Shown here: one piece after another, positions 8,298 through 17,329 of the stretch
How positions within the stretch are numbered: the first letter of the stretch is position 1
Layout: every line of letters starts with the position of its first letter
Assembly: GCA_030597505.1 (NCBI GenBank)
Contig: JAUVRS010000001.1
Location: forward strand, 1-35,035
From: Desulfobacteraceae bacterium
GTDB lineage: Bacteria > Desulfobacterota > DSM-4660 > Desulfatiglandales > Desulfatiglandaceae
Direction of reading: 5' to 3'
Length of the DNA stretch: 35,035 nt
Notes under the pieces: generated by a model
The model's database searches: none
The model's input: the letters and a program-made list of their open reading frames with translations, nothing else
Told to the model about the DNA's origin: nothing
Program-made: the position numbers and the translations under genes

Positions 8298-9353
8298 ATG
8301 AAGATCCAGACAGCAGTACAAGATCAAGGAGAAGTGATGGCGGCGCCTTTGCATTCCGGGCCCCAGTTTACCAGTATTCAAACAATAAACGATTCGGTGA
8401 ATGAGGCATCTGCCTGGGTGAGACCCCTGGAGCAGGAAATGGGCCGGGTGATCATCGGCCAGAGAAAGCTTTTTGAAAGACTCATCGTGGGGCTCCTTTC
8501 AAATGGCCACATTCTCCTTGAGGGGGTCCCCGGTCTTGCAAAGACACTGGCCCTAAAGACCCTAGCCGCTGCCATTCAAACAGGTTTCAGGAGAATTCAG
8601 TTTACACCCGACATGCTCCCCGCTGACATCATCGGCACAGAAATCTACAACCCCCAGGACGTATCTTTTTTTGTAAAACACGGCCCGGTCTTTACAAACC
8701 TTATCCTCGCAGACGAAATCAACCGGGCACCGGCCAAGGTCCAAAGCGCCCTTCTTGAGGCCATGCAGGAACGACAGGTAACCATCGGAGAGGAAACCTA
8801 CCCCCTTCCCGATCCCTTTATGGTCATGGCCACCCAAAACCCCATCGAACAGGAAGGGACCTACCCCCTGCCGGAGGCCCAGGTGGACCGTTTTATGCTC
8901 AAAGTCGTTATCACATACCCTTCGGTTCCGGAAGAACGCGTCATTTTGGATGCAGTGGACACCATTGAAACACCCCCACCAGTTAACCCGGTGGTCAGAA
9001 TGGAGGACATTGTCCGGGCGCGTCATGTCGTAAACACCATTTATATGGACGAAAAGATCAAAGACTACATTGTCTCCCTGGTGTATGCCACCCGCGATCC
9101 CAAATCATATGGCCTCGATCTGGAGCCTTACATCCTTAATGGGGCATCTCCGCGAGCCACCATCAATCTCAAAATGGCCAGCAAATCCATGGCCTTTCTG
9201 CGAGGACGCGGTTACGTCACACCGGAGGACGTCAAATCAATTGCCATGGACGTACTCAGACATCGCATCATAATCACCTATGAGGCAGAGGCAGAGTCAC
9301 TCAAAAGCGAGGATATTGTCCGGACGATTCTGGAAACCATCCCCGTGCCGTAG
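8298..9353 (+). CDS. MoxR-family AAA+ ATPase (BatI-like)
   Basis: Walker A is EGVPGLAKT and Walker B is LILADEINRA, followed by ...ALLEAMQERQVTIGEETYPLPDPFMVMATQNPIEQEGTYPLPEAQVDRF... I set the start at the ATG at 8298, which is preceded by AAAGGAG. Confidence 0.9.
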   Translation: MKIQTAVQDQGEVMAAPLHSGPQFTSIQTINDSVNEASAWVRPLEQEMGRVIIGQRKLFERLIVGLLSNGHILLEGVPGLAKTLALKTLAAAIQTGFRRIQFTPDMLPADIIGTEIYNPQDVSFFVKHGPVFTNLILADEINRAPAKVQSALLEAMQERQVTIGEETYPLPDPFMVMATQNPIEQEGTYPLPEAQVDRFMLKVVITYPSVPEERVILDAVDTIETPPPVNPVVRMEDIVRARHVVNTIYMDEKIKDYIVSLVYATRDPKSYGLDLEPYILNGASPRATINLKMASKSMAFLRGRGYVTPEDVKSIAMDVLRHRIIITYEAEAESLKSEDIVRTILETIPVP

Positions 9354-9423
9354 ACAAAGATCCACGTCCTGACACCCGGGCGTGACACTCTCACAGATGT
9401 CTGTGAAAGGGAGAAAATACCAT

Positions 9424-10335
9424 ATGGACACTCACATCAGCAGCGAAATTCTTGAAAAAGTACGGCGGGTTGAAATCAAGACAAACCGTCTGGTGGACGA
9501 TACCCTCTCCGGTCACTATCATTCTGTCTTCAAAGGCCGGGGCATGGACTTTGACGAGGTGCGGGAATATGTACCCGGGGATGACGTGAGGACTATTGAC
9601 TGGAATGTGACCGCGCGTACAGGCCACACCTTTGTAAAAAAGTTTACCGAAGAACGGGAGTTGACCATCATGCTCCTCATTGACGTCAGCGCCTCGGGCG
9701 AATTTGGCTCTTCCGAGCAGAGCAAACGGGAGATGATGGCGGAACTGGGGAGTGTTCTAGCGTTTTCGGCGGTCAAGAATAATGACAAGGTGGGATTGAT
9801 CCTGTTCACGGATGATGCGGAACTCTACATACCCCCTGCAAAAGGGCGACCTCATATCCTTCGGGTGATTCGCGAAATCCTTTTTTTTCAGCCCAAAGGC
9901 AAAAACACCGATCTAGTGGCAGCCCTGGATTTCACAAACCAGGTGATCAAACGCAGGGCCGTGACCTTTCTTATTTCCGATTTTTGCTTCCCCGGAGAAT
10001 TTAGCAATGCCCTTGAAGACTTTAGGCCAAAACTCCAGATAACCAACAAACGGCACGACGTGATTGCCGTTTCCGTCAATGACCTCAGGGAAAGGGAATT
10101 GCCGGATATCGGACTTCTCACCATTGAGGACTCCGAGACGGGCGAACAGGTCGAACTCGACACCACACGCGCAGACATAAGAGAGGGGTTTTCCCAATTG
10201 GCCGGCGAGCGCCGTGAAGAATTGAGAAGGACAATCCAGTCATCGGGTGTGGATTTTCTTGAGCTTTCAACGGACAAACCGTACCTGCCCGTGTTGCTCA
10301 ATTTTTTTAGTTCGCGGGAAAGGAGGAGACACTGA
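9424..10335 (+). CDS. DUF58-family protein (vWA-like, MoxR partner; BatII-like)
   Basis: ...FKGRGMDFDEVREYVPGDDVRTIDWNVTARTGHTFVKKFTEERELTIMLLIDVSASG... is the DUF58 signature. I set the start at the ATG at 9424, which follows GGGAGAA. Confidence 0.85.
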   Translation: MDTHISSEILEKVRRVEIKTNRLVDDTLSGHYHSVFKGRGMDFDEVREYVPGDDVRTIDWNVTARTGHTFVKKFTEERELTIMLLIDVSASGEFGSSEQSKREMMAELGSVLAFSAVKNNDKVGLILFTDDAELYIPPAKGRPHILRVIREILFFQPKGKNTDLVAALDFTNQVIKRRAVTFLISDFCFPGEFSNALEDFRPKLQITNKRHDVIAVSVNDLRERELPDIGLLTIEDSETGEQVELDTTRADIREGFSQLAGERREELRRTIQSSGVDFLELSTDKPYLPVLLNFFSSRERRRH

Positions 10336-11228
10336 TGAAACGTCTGGTAAAGTTTGCCATTGTTGCGGCAGCGGGACTCTCCCTGTTTTTTTGGGGTGAG
10401 GTGGTCTTGGCAGCAGAGGACAGGGGGAACCCATCGTCACCGGTTTTTCAAAACCAGAAAAACCCGCTCCCTGTGAGCCCCCCTTTGAACCTCCAGACTA
10501 TTCAGCGTGTTCAGCCCTCGGCCCCCGCCAAACCCAAAACCACAGCGTCACCGGCGACGGCACAGGATATCCGGGATATCAGAGGCCCTATCAGCATTCC
10601 CTATCCTTGGCTGTGGACGCTTTATGCGGGAGGGGGGGCTCTCCTATTGCTGATTCTCTTAGCCATGTGGCGATGGATCCGAAAGGCCAAACCGTTCAGG
10701 GCAAAAAGCGCCCACCAGATCGCATTTGAACAGCTGGAGCGGGCCAAGGCCCTGATACAACCCAAAAAGGCAGAATTGTTCTCCGTGGCCGTTTCCGGTG
10801 CGATCCGAACATATATCGAAAAACGGTTTCAACTGACCGCAACCCACTACACCACCGAGGAGTTTATGGAACGTCTTGTCTTTGACAGACCTGCAATCCT
10901 GAGCGCTCACAGCGACGTGTTGGAGGATTTTTTGAGGCACTGCGATCTTGCAAAATTTGCACGATACAATCTCTCGGTTGATCAGATGAAGGCAATGCAC
11001 CAGAGCGCGTGGCAATTTGTGGAAAATACTATACCTTCCCCCGCAGATGAGACCAGCGGACAGAAATCAGAGATAAACGACACCGTATCCGGGCTCAAGA
11101 AAACACCCGCAGGCGGTTCGCTTTTCCAAAGACTGTGGGCAAAGGGTCACAGCTTTTTCCCAAGAAAAACACCATTTCCTGCCTCCTTAAACGACGACAG
11201 GGCGATAGCCGCAGGAGGTGGATCATGA
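10335..11228 (+). CDS. Membrane protein, DUF4381-like (BatIII position of Bat operons)
   Basis: It has a signal/TM segment, a Pro-rich linker and a TM helix (LWTLYAGGGALLLLILLAMWRW). A C-terminal helical region ends ...FLRHCDLAKFARY, as in DUF4381 proteins. The start overlaps the DUF58 stop (TGATG). The assignment rests partly on operon position. Confidence 0.6.
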   Translation: MKRLVKFAIVAAAGLSLFFWGEVVLAAEDRGNPSSPVFQNQKNPLPVSPPLNLQTIQRVQPSAPAKPKTTASPATAQDIRDIRGPISIPYPWLWTLYAGGGALLLLILLAMWRWIRKAKPFRAKSAHQIAFEQLERAKALIQPKKAELFSVAVSGAIRTYIEKRFQLTATHYTTEEFMERLVFDRPAILSAHSDVLEDFLRHCDLAKFARYNLSVDQMKAMHQSAWQFVENTIPSPADETSGQKSEINDTVSGLKKTPAGGSLFQRLWAKGHSFFPRKTPFPASLNDDRAIAAGGGS

Positions 11229-12223
11229 TTCATTTCAATCACCCCGAACTATTGTGGCTGCTCACACTGGTGCCGCTTCTGGCGTTTGTACGCGGAAAGA
11301 GGGGCCCGGCATGTGCGGTGCGTTATTCCACAGCCCAGACCGCAAAGATGCTGGCCGGGGCACGAAAATCAAAGGCCGGGAAATGGCTGGGGACTTTGCG
11401 GTCTCTTGCCTTGGGTTTTCTGGTCCTTGCCCTGGCACAACCTCAAATTGTCCACGGAACCACCGATGTGGAGGCAAGCGGAATCGACATCCTCCTTGCA
11501 GTGGATGTCTCGGGCTCCATGGAGGCCCTCGACTTTACCATAAAAGATAAACCCGCAAACCGTATCGATGTGGTCAAAGAAGTGGTAGCAAGATTTATCG
11601 AGGAACGACCCAATGACCGTATCGGTCTCATCGCGTTTGCCGCACAGCCATACCTGACAAGCCCTCTGACTCTCGATCACGACTGGCTTCAACAGCGGTT
11701 GGAAACCATTGACACGGGGATGTTGGAAGACGGCACGGCCATTGGTTCGGCCATTGCCTCGGGCGTCAACCGGTTGAGGAGTCAAAAAGCCAAATCCAAG
11801 ATTGTCATCCTGTTGACAGATGGCATGAACAACGCGGGTAAGGTCTCGCCCATTACGGCCGCAGAGGCTGCCGAGGCATTGGGGATCAAGGTCTATACCA
11901 TAGGCGCCGGTTCACGCGGTGAGGCCCCGGTGCCGGTAACCGACAGGTTTGGAAATCGCAAAATGGTCATGGCCAGGGTCGACATTGACGAGGATACTCT
12001 GAGAAAGGTCGCTGACATGACCGGAGCGCGTTTTTATCGGGCAACAGACACCGGTTCTCTGGGGAAAATCTACAGTGAGATCAACACGCTGGAAAAAACC
12101 ACCCAGAAAATAAAAAAATTTGAGCACCGCAACCAGATATTTTCGTGGCTCTTGATTCCGGCGCTCCTCTTTCTGGGAATAGAGCTGATCCTGGCCAACA
12201 CCCGTTTTCGCAGGTTGCCGTAA
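11225..12223 (+). CDS. vWA-domain membrane protein, BatA-like
   Basis: MIHFNHPELLWLLTLVPLLAF... is the typical BatA N-terminus. A MIDAS motif (DILLAVDVSGSM) and a C-terminal TM helix are present. The ATGA overlap with the upstream stop marks the start. Confidence 0.85.
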   Translation: MIHFNHPELLWLLTLVPLLAFVRGKRGPACAVRYSTAQTAKMLAGARKSKAGKWLGTLRSLALGFLVLALAQPQIVHGTTDVEASGIDILLAVDVSGSMEALDFTIKDKPANRIDVVKEVVARFIEERPNDRIGLIAFAAQPYLTSPLTLDHDWLQQRLETIDTGMLEDGTAIGSAIASGVNRLRSQKAKSKIVILLTDGMNNAGKVSPITAAEAAEALGIKVYTIGAGSRGEAPVPVTDRFGNRKMVMARVDIDEDTLRKVADMTGARFYRATDTGSLGKIYSEINTLEKTTQKIKKFEHRNQIFSWLLIPALLFLGIELILANTRFRRLP

Positions 12224-12295
12224 AGCAGGGGCGTTGATCTTTGTGCAGACTCATAACTTTCAAACCAGGAATAAAGCAAGAGAAAGGACAATAAA

Positions 12296-14260
12296 ATGCA
12301 ATTCGCATACCCAATATGGTTGGCTGTCGGGCTGATGGTTTGCATCATCCTGGCCTATGGATTCGCCCAATTCCAAAAAAGGAACCAGGCGGCATTGCAC
12401 AGGTTCGCCGCGGGGCACTTGCTGGAGAAGTTGACGGAAAGCATCTCCCCTGGACGGAGAATGACAAAACGCATCCTCATTATTCTGGCGGTTGGCGCCA
12501 TTTTCGTGGCCCTCGCACGACCCCAGGTGGGGTTTCACTGGGAGGAAGTAAAACGTAAGGGCATTGATATTCTCATGGCAGTGGACACGTCAAGAAGCAT
12601 GCTGGCAAATGATGTAAAGCCAAACCGTCTGGAACGGAGCAAGATGGGGATCATGGACTTTGTATCAAAACTTGAAGGAGACAGGGTGGGGCTTATCCCT
12701 TTTGCGGGAACCGCCTTTCTAATGTGCCCTCTGACCCTGGACTATGACGCCTTCAGGCAATCGCTCATTGCCCTTGACACGGGAATCATACCCAGGGGGG
12801 GAACTGATATCGCAAGCGCCATCCACGAGGCGGAATTTGCCTTTTCAAACAATGCCAACCACAAGATACTGGTCCTCATCACCGACGGGGAAGACCTGGA
12901 GGGAGAGGCCCTTGCCGCCGCCAAAACGGCCGCCGCCAAGGGCATGACCATCTATACGGTTGGCGTCGGCACACTTGCCGGGGAATTGATCCCGCTAAAC
13001 AAACCAAACGGGGGGGTGGCCTTTTTGAAAGATGAAACCGGTCAAATGGTCAAATCCCGTTTGGATGACAAGATGCTGGGGCAGATTGCCCAGGTGACGG
13101 GAGGGCTTTATAAACCGCTGGGGCGCCAGGCCGAGGGGCTCGAGGCCATCTATCAGCAAAAACTCAGTCTGGTACCCAAACAGGAACTTACCGAAAGGAT
13201 GCGAAAGGTGCCCATCGATCGATTTGAGTGGCCGCTCCTCTTTGCCCTTTTCCTGCTGGTTGCTGAATTCCTCATCGGTGACAGAAAACCATCTCAAGAA
13301 AAGGCGTCTGTTGTAACAACAGCCAACCGCCGTCAAATGACTGCAGGGAAAAAGACCATGGCATCAGTTGCCGCGGTTTTTGTACTGGCCGTTTTGCTCA
13401 CCCCCCAAAAAGCAACCGCCTCTCCTCAGGGGGCAGAAAAGGCGTACAAAAAAGGCGACTATGCTCTCGCCATCAAAGAGTATAAGGCGGCTGCTGAAAA
13501 AAACCCTGAAAACAATCAATTACAGTTCAACCTTGGCGCGGCTGCCTACAAAACTAAGGACTACAAGACGGCCGCCACGGCCTTGAAAAAAACACTCAAG
13601 ACCACCGAACTGCCGCTCCAGAACCTGGCCTACTACAATCTGGGAAACACCCTTTACCGCATGGGACAGGGCACCGAAAAATCAAAACCCCAGAACACCA
13701 TAAAAAAGTGGCAGGCCGCAATTGAGGCATATGGCGGGGCTCTCAACCTCACCCCAAAGGACGAAGACGCCCGTTTTAATCAGGAATTTGTGAAAAAAAA
13801 GCTGGAAGAGCTCAAAAAGAAACAGAAAAAGCACAACAAAAAGAACGACAAAAAGAACAAACAGAGCAAGAAAAAAAATAAGAAGAATAAAAACAAAGAC
13901 AAAAACAAAGACAAGGACAAAAAACAGGCCAAGAATCAGGACAAATCCTCAGGCTCAACTGGCAAGGATCCCTCCAAGAAGGACAAATCGGGCAAGAAAA
14001 ATCAGAACAAGGCCGACAAACCAAAACCTTCAAAAAATCATAAGGAAAAAAAGACCCCCGAAAAGCTTGCCGGCAAGAAACAGGATCAAAATTCTCCTTT
14101 GGCTCCTGAGCCCCGTCGACGTAAACCCGGGCAGATGAGCGAAGAAGAGGCCAAAAATCTGATGGATTCCCTCAAGGGTGATGAAAAGGCAATGCCCATT
14201 TTTGCAAAAAACAGAAACCAGGGGAAAAAACAGGACGAAAAGAAAAGGAGAGACTGGTGA
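12296..14260 (+). CDS. vWA + TPR membrane protein, apparent BatB-BatC fusion with a lysine-rich C-terminal tail
   Basis: Two N-terminal TM helices are followed by a vWA MIDAS motif (DILMAVDTSRSM) and TM helices near aa 310-370. TPR repeats follow (AEKAYKKGDYALAIKEYKAAAEKNPEN...). The last roughly 150 aa are a K/N/D/Q low-complexity tail ending ...MSEEEAKNLMDSLKGDEKA...KKRRDW. Confidence 0.8.
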   Translation: MQFAYPIWLAVGLMVCIILAYGFAQFQKRNQAALHRFAAGHLLEKLTESISPGRRMTKRILIILAVGAIFVALARPQVGFHWEEVKRKGIDILMAVDTSRSMLANDVKPNRLERSKMGIMDFVSKLEGDRVGLIPFAGTAFLMCPLTLDYDAFRQSLIALDTGIIPRGGTDIASAIHEAEFAFSNNANHKILVLITDGEDLEGEALAAAKTAAAKGMTIYTVGVGTLAGELIPLNKPNGGVAFLKDETGQMVKSRLDDKMLGQIAQVTGGLYKPLGRQAEGLEAIYQQKLSLVPKQELTERMRKVPIDRFEWPLLFALFLLVAEFLIGDRKPSQEKASVVTTANRRQMTAGKKTMASVAAVFVLAVLLTPQKATASPQGAEKAYKKGDYALAIKEYKAAAEKNPENNQLQFNLGAAAYKTKDYKTAATALKKTLKTTELPLQNLAYYNLGNTLYRMGQGTEKSKPQNTIKKWQAAIEAYGGALNLTPKDEDARFNQEFVKKKLEELKKKQKKHNKKNDKKNKQSKKKNKKNKNKDKNKDKDKKQAKNQDKSSGSTGKDPSKKDKSGKKNQNKADKPKPSKNHKEKKTPEKLAGKKQDQNSPLAPEPRRRKPGQMSEEEAKNLMDSLKGDEKAMPIFAKNRNQGKKQDEKKRRDW

Positions 14261-16212
14261 TGGCTCACAAAAGTATCAAAGCCCGAACAGCCACCCGGAT
14301 AATTAAGGGAATTATGATATCCGGCGTGGCGCTCCTTTGCACAGCCGGGGTCCTGGCCATTTTTGCGGGAGATGCTCTGGGGAAAAGCAGCTCAGGCAGT
14401 ATATCTGCGGCATTGGAACCGCGGCAGATCCCCCTCGGGGGGACAGCCATGCTGTCCGTGACTCTCTCAGGGATAGAAATGGCTCAGCCAAGCCTCCCTC
14501 GGGTTAACGGACTCCATTTTATCCCGGCCGGGCAGAGCAGCGAGTACCGTTCCGTCAATGGGAGAATATCCTCGACTGTTTCCTATCTCTACCAAGTTCA
14601 GGCCGAGCATTCAGGGGATTTCACCATCCCTCCGGTTGAGGCAACGATAAACGGCCGCATCAAAAGGACACAACCGCTTTCCTTTCGGGTGTTAAAGTCG
14701 GGGGGGAAGACGGGTGCCTACTCAAGAGCCCTGCCTTCGCCACGTTCAGGGGTATCCGGAACATCCGCTCCGTTGAGCAGAGATGAGGCAAATCAGGTGG
14801 TGTTTCTCAGGGTCATACCGGCAAAAGGTCGTTCATATGTGGGTGAAATGGTGCCCGTTGAGATCAGGGCCTATTTTCGAGACAGGCTTCAGGCCACATT
14901 GAGTTCATTGCCGCTTATTAACGGCGATGCCTTTGTCTGGCAATCATTGAGCAAGGAGCCCCAACAAGCCAGGGAGGACATCGACGGACACGCAAATAAT
15001 GTATGGACCTGGCATACGGCCATGTCGGGTGTCAAGGAAGGAGAGTATCCCCTTGAGGTTCAATTGGACGTCACCGTTATCGTCCCCCGTACCTCACGTC
15101 GCATGCGTTCTCCATTTGGAAGAGATTTTTTCCATGATGATTTTTTTGACAACTTCTTCAGCCAGGGAGAAAGAAAAACGATCAGGGTAGCAAGCCTTCC
15201 CCGGGGGATGCAGGTCTTGTCTTTACCCCAGCAGGGCAGGCCCGATAATTTTAGCGGCGCCGTGGGCCGGTTCAAGCTGTCGGCAACCGCCAGCCCAAGA
15301 GATGCCATGGCAGGAGACCCCATCACATTAAAGATGAGGGTGAGGGGTTCGGGGAATTTTGACCGGGTGTCATCCCCTGTGCTTAGTTCTCAAAAGGGGT
15401 GGAAGACGTATACCCCGGGTGCTGTATTCAAGCCTTCAGACAGTTCAGGCGCCAGGGGGGAGAAGATATTTGAACAGGCCATAATTCCCCTTGATGGTTC
15501 AATCCGCGAGATTCCACCAGTGGTCTTTTCCTATTTTGATACCAAAACCCAAAAATATGTCAATTTACACACAAAACATATACCGGTGAAAATCGCCCGT
15601 GCCTCATCGGGGAATCAAGAAACCGCTTCTCAATCAAGTGATTTTCAACCTGGCGCCTCATCCGTTAAGAAATCCGCAACAAGTGCCACGGACGTTTTGA
15701 TGGAGGGCTCTAAAAAAGGCGGGTTGGCGCCGATCCAAGTCACCTTGGGCCCAGTAGTGAGCACACTACGTCCCATGGTCGAAAACCCGTGGTTTGTGGG
15801 TGCACAGGGAATACCTCTGGGCGCCCTCTTTACGGGACTTTTTTTAGGCCGCCGGCGTCGAAGGATGACCCACGATCCTAAATTGGCGAGAAAAAAACAC
15901 GCAAAGCAGATGATAACCAGAGCGGTCAGGCAAATGGACCGAAACATCGCCGCATACGACGTGGTGGGATTTTTCCAGGCATGTCGGTGCGCCGCACAGG
16001 AACGCCTGGGAGAGGTTTGGGCCCTGCCGCCTGATTGCATTACCCTCGCCGAAGTAAAAGAACGGTTGCCTGAAAACGCGGCCGGCATCAGACAGGTCTT
16101 TGAAACAGCCGACGCCGTCGCCTACTCGGGTCAGTCCTTTACGCAAGATGAATTGAGAAAATGCAGGGAATTGGTCATTCAAGAACTAAGAAATCTGGAG
16201 GGAAAAAGATGA
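14260..16212 (+). CDS. BatD-like (oxygen-tolerance family) membrane protein
   Basis: It has a signal/TM segment and repeated Ig-like BatD regions (...GDFTIPPVEATINGRIKRTQPLSFRV...). A TM helix followed by RRRRR lies near aa 530, and a cytoplasmic tail follows. The ATG at 14260 overlaps the upstream TGA by 1 nt (TGATG) and is preceded by AAAGGAG. Confidence 0.75.
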   Translation: MAHKSIKARTATRIIKGIMISGVALLCTAGVLAIFAGDALGKSSSGSISAALEPRQIPLGGTAMLSVTLSGIEMAQPSLPRVNGLHFIPAGQSSEYRSVNGRISSTVSYLYQVQAEHSGDFTIPPVEATINGRIKRTQPLSFRVLKSGGKTGAYSRALPSPRSGVSGTSAPLSRDEANQVVFLRVIPAKGRSYVGEMVPVEIRAYFRDRLQATLSSLPLINGDAFVWQSLSKEPQQAREDIDGHANNVWTWHTAMSGVKEGEYPLEVQLDVTVIVPRTSRRMRSPFGRDFFHDDFFDNFFSQGERKTIRVASLPRGMQVLSLPQQGRPDNFSGAVGRFKLSATASPRDAMAGDPITLKMRVRGSGNFDRVSSPVLSSQKGWKTYTPGAVFKPSDSSGARGEKIFEQAIIPLDGSIREIPPVVFSYFDTKTQKYVNLHTKHIPVKIARASSGNQETASQSSDFQPGASSVKKSATSATDVLMEGSKKGGLAPIQVTLGPVVSTLRPMVENPWFVGAQGIPLGALFTGLFLGRRRRRMTHDPKLARKKHAKQMITRAVRQMDRNIAAYDVVGFFQACRCAAQERLGEVWALPPDCITLAEVKERLPENAAGIRQVFETADAVAYSGQSFTQDELRKCRELVIQELRNLEGKR

Positions 16213-17072
16213 TCACAACCGCTATAGCCGCAAGACGCATGATCGTTACACATCTCCTTTTTGCGGGGACCCTTGCTTTTCTTATGTGCAGCTTCCCCCC
16301 GACGGCAGCCGGTGCGGATGCGGAGGCGATTTTTTCACAGGGAAACCAGGCCTATACCGAGGGAAAATTTGATGACGCCATTGCTCTATATACGGATGTC
16401 ATGAGGTCGGCCGGGTTTTCAGCCTCACTTCTCTACAACATGGCCAACGCATATTATCAAAAAAAGGATGTGGGACAGGCGATCCTCAATTATGAACGGG
16501 CCCTCTTTCTTGACCCTGGCAACCCTGACATTGAGGCCAATCTATATAGGGCAAAAAAAGAATTTGGTTTGAAAAATGAACCGCCCCCGCACTGGAAAAA
16601 GGCCCGTAACACCTTGACTCTTGACCAATGGACTTGGCTGGGAAGTATGTCTTTGGCTGGCTTTTCCATTCTTTTCCTTTTTGGGTGCGTGGGACAAAAA
16701 AAACCGTCGCGTCCCCTGTTCAGGGTCATCGGGGGTGCATTTGTCTTGCTTTTTTTGGTTAGCGGGACAGCAACAACAAGCAGATACATGGATATGAACC
16801 AGGGAGTGATAACAGGTGACGATGCCTCCCTTCGTGTTTCACCCTTTGCGTCGGCATCAAAAACCACCCGAATAAAGGATGGGGAGCTTGTCCGGATAGC
16901 CAAGACTTACAAGGACTTTGTCTTGGTCAAGCCTTCGGCGGGCAATTCGGGATGGATAGCAAAAAAGGAAATAGAGCCGGTTATCCCCGTACAGGACTGG
17001 GACAAACATGTACCTGAGACACGCAACAAGACAAGAAACAGCCTTTGGGCGCACGCAAAAAACTCGAGATGA
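16209..17072 (+). CDS. TPR + SH3b membrane protein, BatE-like
   Basis: It has a signal peptide, TPR repeats (FSQGNQAYTEGKFDDAIALYTDV...AILNYERALFLDPGNPD) and two TM helices. The C-terminus is bacterial SH3-like (...LRVSPFASASKTTRIKDGELVRIAKTYKDFVLVKP..GWIAKKEI). It has an ATGA overlap with batD. Confidence 0.7.
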   Translation: MITTAIAARRMIVTHLLFAGTLAFLMCSFPPTAAGADAEAIFSQGNQAYTEGKFDDAIALYTDVMRSAGFSASLLYNMANAYYQKKDVGQAILNYERALFLDPGNPDIEANLYRAKKEFGLKNEPPPHWKKARNTLTLDQWTWLGSMSLAGFSILFLFGCVGQKKPSRPLFRVIGGAFVLLFLVSGTATTSRYMDMNQGVITGDDASLRVSPFASASKTTRIKDGELVRIAKTYKDFVLVKPSAGNSGWIAKKEIEPVIPVQDWDKHVPETRNKTRNSLWAHAKNSR

Positions 17073-17266
17073 CAATTTATCAACGTAACCTTGATTCCCT
17101 TGGTGAAAACCTTAGATTCTAATTTCTATGAACGATAAAAAAATCCATTATCAAAAGTTGATTGGCTTCCTCATCTGGAACAGGTCTTCAAGATTCCGGT
17201 TCGGTGAGCTTCGGTTCTGGGCATGAGATATGAAAAGGCGTGACACACAAACACTGGGTTTGGTTG

Positions 17267-17283
17267 TGGCGACAGGTCCGCAT
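17267..17283 (+). promoter_or_regulatory. Sigma54-like -24/-12 element upstream of degP (tentative)
   Basis: TGGCGAC-AGGT-CCGCAT has the GG and GC dinucleotides at the canonical spacing (consensus TGGCACG-N4-TTGCW). It ends 47 bp upstream of the degP ATG. Confidence 0.25.
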
Positions 17284-17329
17284 TGGGTCTGAAATTTGAA
17301 TATACACCATTTTAGAAAGGAGATTAGAT

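Noticed and set aside
7801-9385. A recurring CCTGACAC(C/T) motif at about 7807, 8126 and 9368, and also at 18828 and 5441.
   Set aside because: A 7-mer is expected about 4 times by chance in 35 kb on two strands. The flanks are not conserved beyond CCCTCCTGACAC in two copies, and there is no consistent position relative to genes.
13800-14040. The short tandem A-rich repeats as a possible CRISPR array or satellite, and the Cys-rich antisense ORF 13812-14033(-).
   Set aside because: The repeats are 12-nt codon-level repeats within the continuous reading frame of the BatB-BatC lysine-rich tail. There is no repeat-spacer architecture. The antisense ORF is a compositional artefact of the T-rich complement.
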